Program-made: the position numbers and the translations under genes | In this document: positions 61,791 through 64,000 of the stretch, in pieces | How the letters are laid out: the number at the start of each line of letters is the position of its first letter | How positions within the stretch are numbered: the stretch's first letter is position 1 | NCBI GenBank assembly: GCA_965603825.1 | Contig: CBFDEM010000021.1 | Location: forward strand, 310,001-374,000 | Length of the DNA stretch: 64,000 bases | Source: Blepharisma stoltei ATCC 30299 | Taxonomy: Eukaryota > Protista > Ciliophora | Reading direction: 5' to 3' | The notes under the pieces: model-generated | Told to the model about the DNA's origin: nothing | The model's database searches: none | Seen by the model: the letters and a program-made list of their open reading frames with translations, nothing else

Positions 61791-62384
61791 TTATTTTTTC
61801 CTACACATTGGGCACGATTTTTTCATGCTAAGCCATCTATCAATGCAGTCAGGATGATAGAAATGCTCACAATACAGTACTTTGATGCTCGCACCATTAT
61901 CGATATCATCAAGACAAATTGAACAGACTTTTGATGAAAATTCATCAGTCATCTGCTTGATTTTTGCCCTTCTATAGTTGTTAGAAGCTCTGCTGCTGAA
62001 ATTGTTATTTGCCATCCGCGATATAGATTCAAATCTTGAGTTTGATGGTAACTCTTCCGAGCCTGATTCGATTGAATCAATGTAATTCTCTAAATTTGAA
62101 GAGGAAGAAGAGGAAGACGAAAAGCTTCTGTCGAATTCCTCCATGCTTTGTTCGTCGTTGTAAAATGGATCGTCTGAGTCCTCGCTGAGGTCGCTGTCAG
62201 AGTCCAAAAGTGAATGCTCAGTAGAGTCATTTCGCTGGTGATATGCACGGTTTAGATCTATATTCACATGCTCAAGAAACTCGCCTCCACATCTAGGACA
62301 GATAAGCTCATTAGTGTAAATTGGGGAAGTTCTTAAGCAGGCATGGCAATAGAATTGTTGTCTATGTAGAATTGCTCCTTCCAT
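61791..62384 (-). CDS. RING-H2 E3 ligase with N-terminal zinc ribbon (RNF126/RNF115-like)
   Basis: FYCHAC...CPRCGGEFLE and CSICLDD...CEHFYHPDCIDRWL...CPMCR. Confidence 0.9.
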   Translation of the reverse strand: MEGAILHRQQFYCHACLRTSPIYTNELICPRCGGEFLEHVNIDLNRAYHQRNDSTEHSLLDSDSDLSEDSDDPFYNDEQSMEEFDRSFSSSSSSSSNLENYIDSIESGSEELPSNSRFESISRMANNNFSSRASNNYRRAKIKQMTDEFSSKVCSICLDDIDNGASIKVLYCEHFYHPDCIDRWLSMKKSCPMCRKK

Positions 62385-62650
62385 TTAAATCAAGTTAAGA
62401 TAAAAATCTAAAAAATAAAAGACTGCAAATGTGTCAATTAATTAACGAATTTTCTTTAGTTTCATATCAGCAGTTTTCTATTAAAATAAAATTTCATATA
62501 AAAATCTCCTTTTTCTTTTCAACACCGTAAGCTTTTGCTTTACTTTTTTTCTTAGCTTTAAAAAGCCCCTTTAAAATCTCTTTTCGTCAGAAGAAAATAG
62601 GGATAGCATTTTATACAAAAGAGGTAGATAAATTCAATTATAAAAATTAA

Positions 62651-63112
<462 letters not shown>

Positions 63113-63746
63113 GTAATTTTATCTTTTATAAGTTTGATTTAAGTAAATTCTGGATTTAACTATCGCGCAGTATTCCATGATTTTCTTTTAGAATTTCGAT
63201 AATTGACAAAGCAAATAAAGGCAATTAATTATAGAGGTGTTGAAACGAAACACCTAAAGTATTTGTAATTATGTGAAGAAATTTCTTACTTCATATGTTA
63301 TAAATTCACTTAATATGAAGACAATTAATTTTCATGAAATTACTCTTAAGACTAACGGATTAAGCCAAAGCATATGATAAATCCAGCAAATTTTTAATTT
63401 ATTGATAATAAGTCTTTTGGCGGTGAAATCATATACTCTCTTTATATTTATGGGCGCTGAATTGTGGATAATTATCTATAGCGTATAGGAGTTATGAAAG
63501 CTCCTCCAGACTTTAATTATTGATTGCGCATGTGAAATTATTCTAGAGCATGATCTTGAGTAGGGTGCCAGAAATGCATAAGAAAGCTGATGCAGATATC
63601 TATTAGATTTACTGTTGAAAAATTTTATAGCAAGGTATTATGATGGGAAATATATTCTAACTTTTTAAAAGTTGTAAATGATTTATAAATAACTATTAAA
63701 TATTATAAAACATGCTATTATTTACCAAATGGCTTAATAAATTATT

Positions 63747-64000
63747 ATGATGAGTTGCTCCCAAAACTGTTTTACTAAAACAAAGCTTAAAAAAGATCTA
63801 AAAGAACTTGAAAATACTTTGCCAGCAAAATATTCAGTTTGGCCCATATCTTCTCAAAGTATTTATGATTGTATTTGCTCATTAACTGGTCCTAAAAACA
63901 CTCCTTATGAAAATGGGATTTTTTATGTAAGAATAATATTGCCTACTCACAATCATGGCTCTTTTGCTCATATTAAATTTCTCACAAAAATTTACCACCC
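63747..64000 (+). CDS. Divergent E2/UBC-fold protein, truncated by window end
   Basis: LKKDLKEL...GPKNTPYENGIF...IKFLTKIYHP in an open frame from ATG 63747. Confidence 0.8.
   Translation, partial: MMSCSQNCFTKTKLKKDLKELENTLPAKYSVWPISSQSIYDCICSLTGPKNTPYENGIFYVRIILPTHNHGSFAHIKFLTKIYH

Overview
This is gene-dense, AT-rich eukaryotic DNA, not prokaryotic. It looks like a heterotrich ciliate macronuclear-type contig, best matching Blepharisma. In-frame TGA falls at conserved Trp positions (UGA=Trp, TAA/TAG are stops), and genes carry 15-16 nt GT-AG introns. The supplied ORF track therefore fragments most genes. Re-read with this code, the window holds about 36 protein genes. They include ArfGAP, TPR, TBC RabGAP, CDPK, importin-alpha, a DEAD-box helicase, Sel1, a kelch/Cys-rich membrane protein, EF-hand proteins, an FG nucleoporin, Rab7, beta-tubulin, Wee1/Myt1 kinase, a 2825-aa BEACH protein, P5B ATPase, CTL/SLC44, CSN8, a USP, VDAC, FYVE, an MRH lectin, Rab21, TVP15, GST, RING-H2 and two E2s. 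The stand-out is hidden by the recoding: a DDX3/Vasa-family DEAD-box helicase (7875-11642, 1255 aa) fused to a ~790-aa tail with about 20 WG/GW motifs in two tandem repeat arrays. It is a candidate Piwi/Argonaute-hook helicase for ciliate small-RNA pathways. Also notable are a Pom121-like TM+SLFG nucleoporin, an MRH lectin domain apparently split by a large insert, a tandem pair of acylated micro-proteins, and a RING/E2/divergent-E2 cluster. All calls are by manual translation and motif recognition; no database searches were run.
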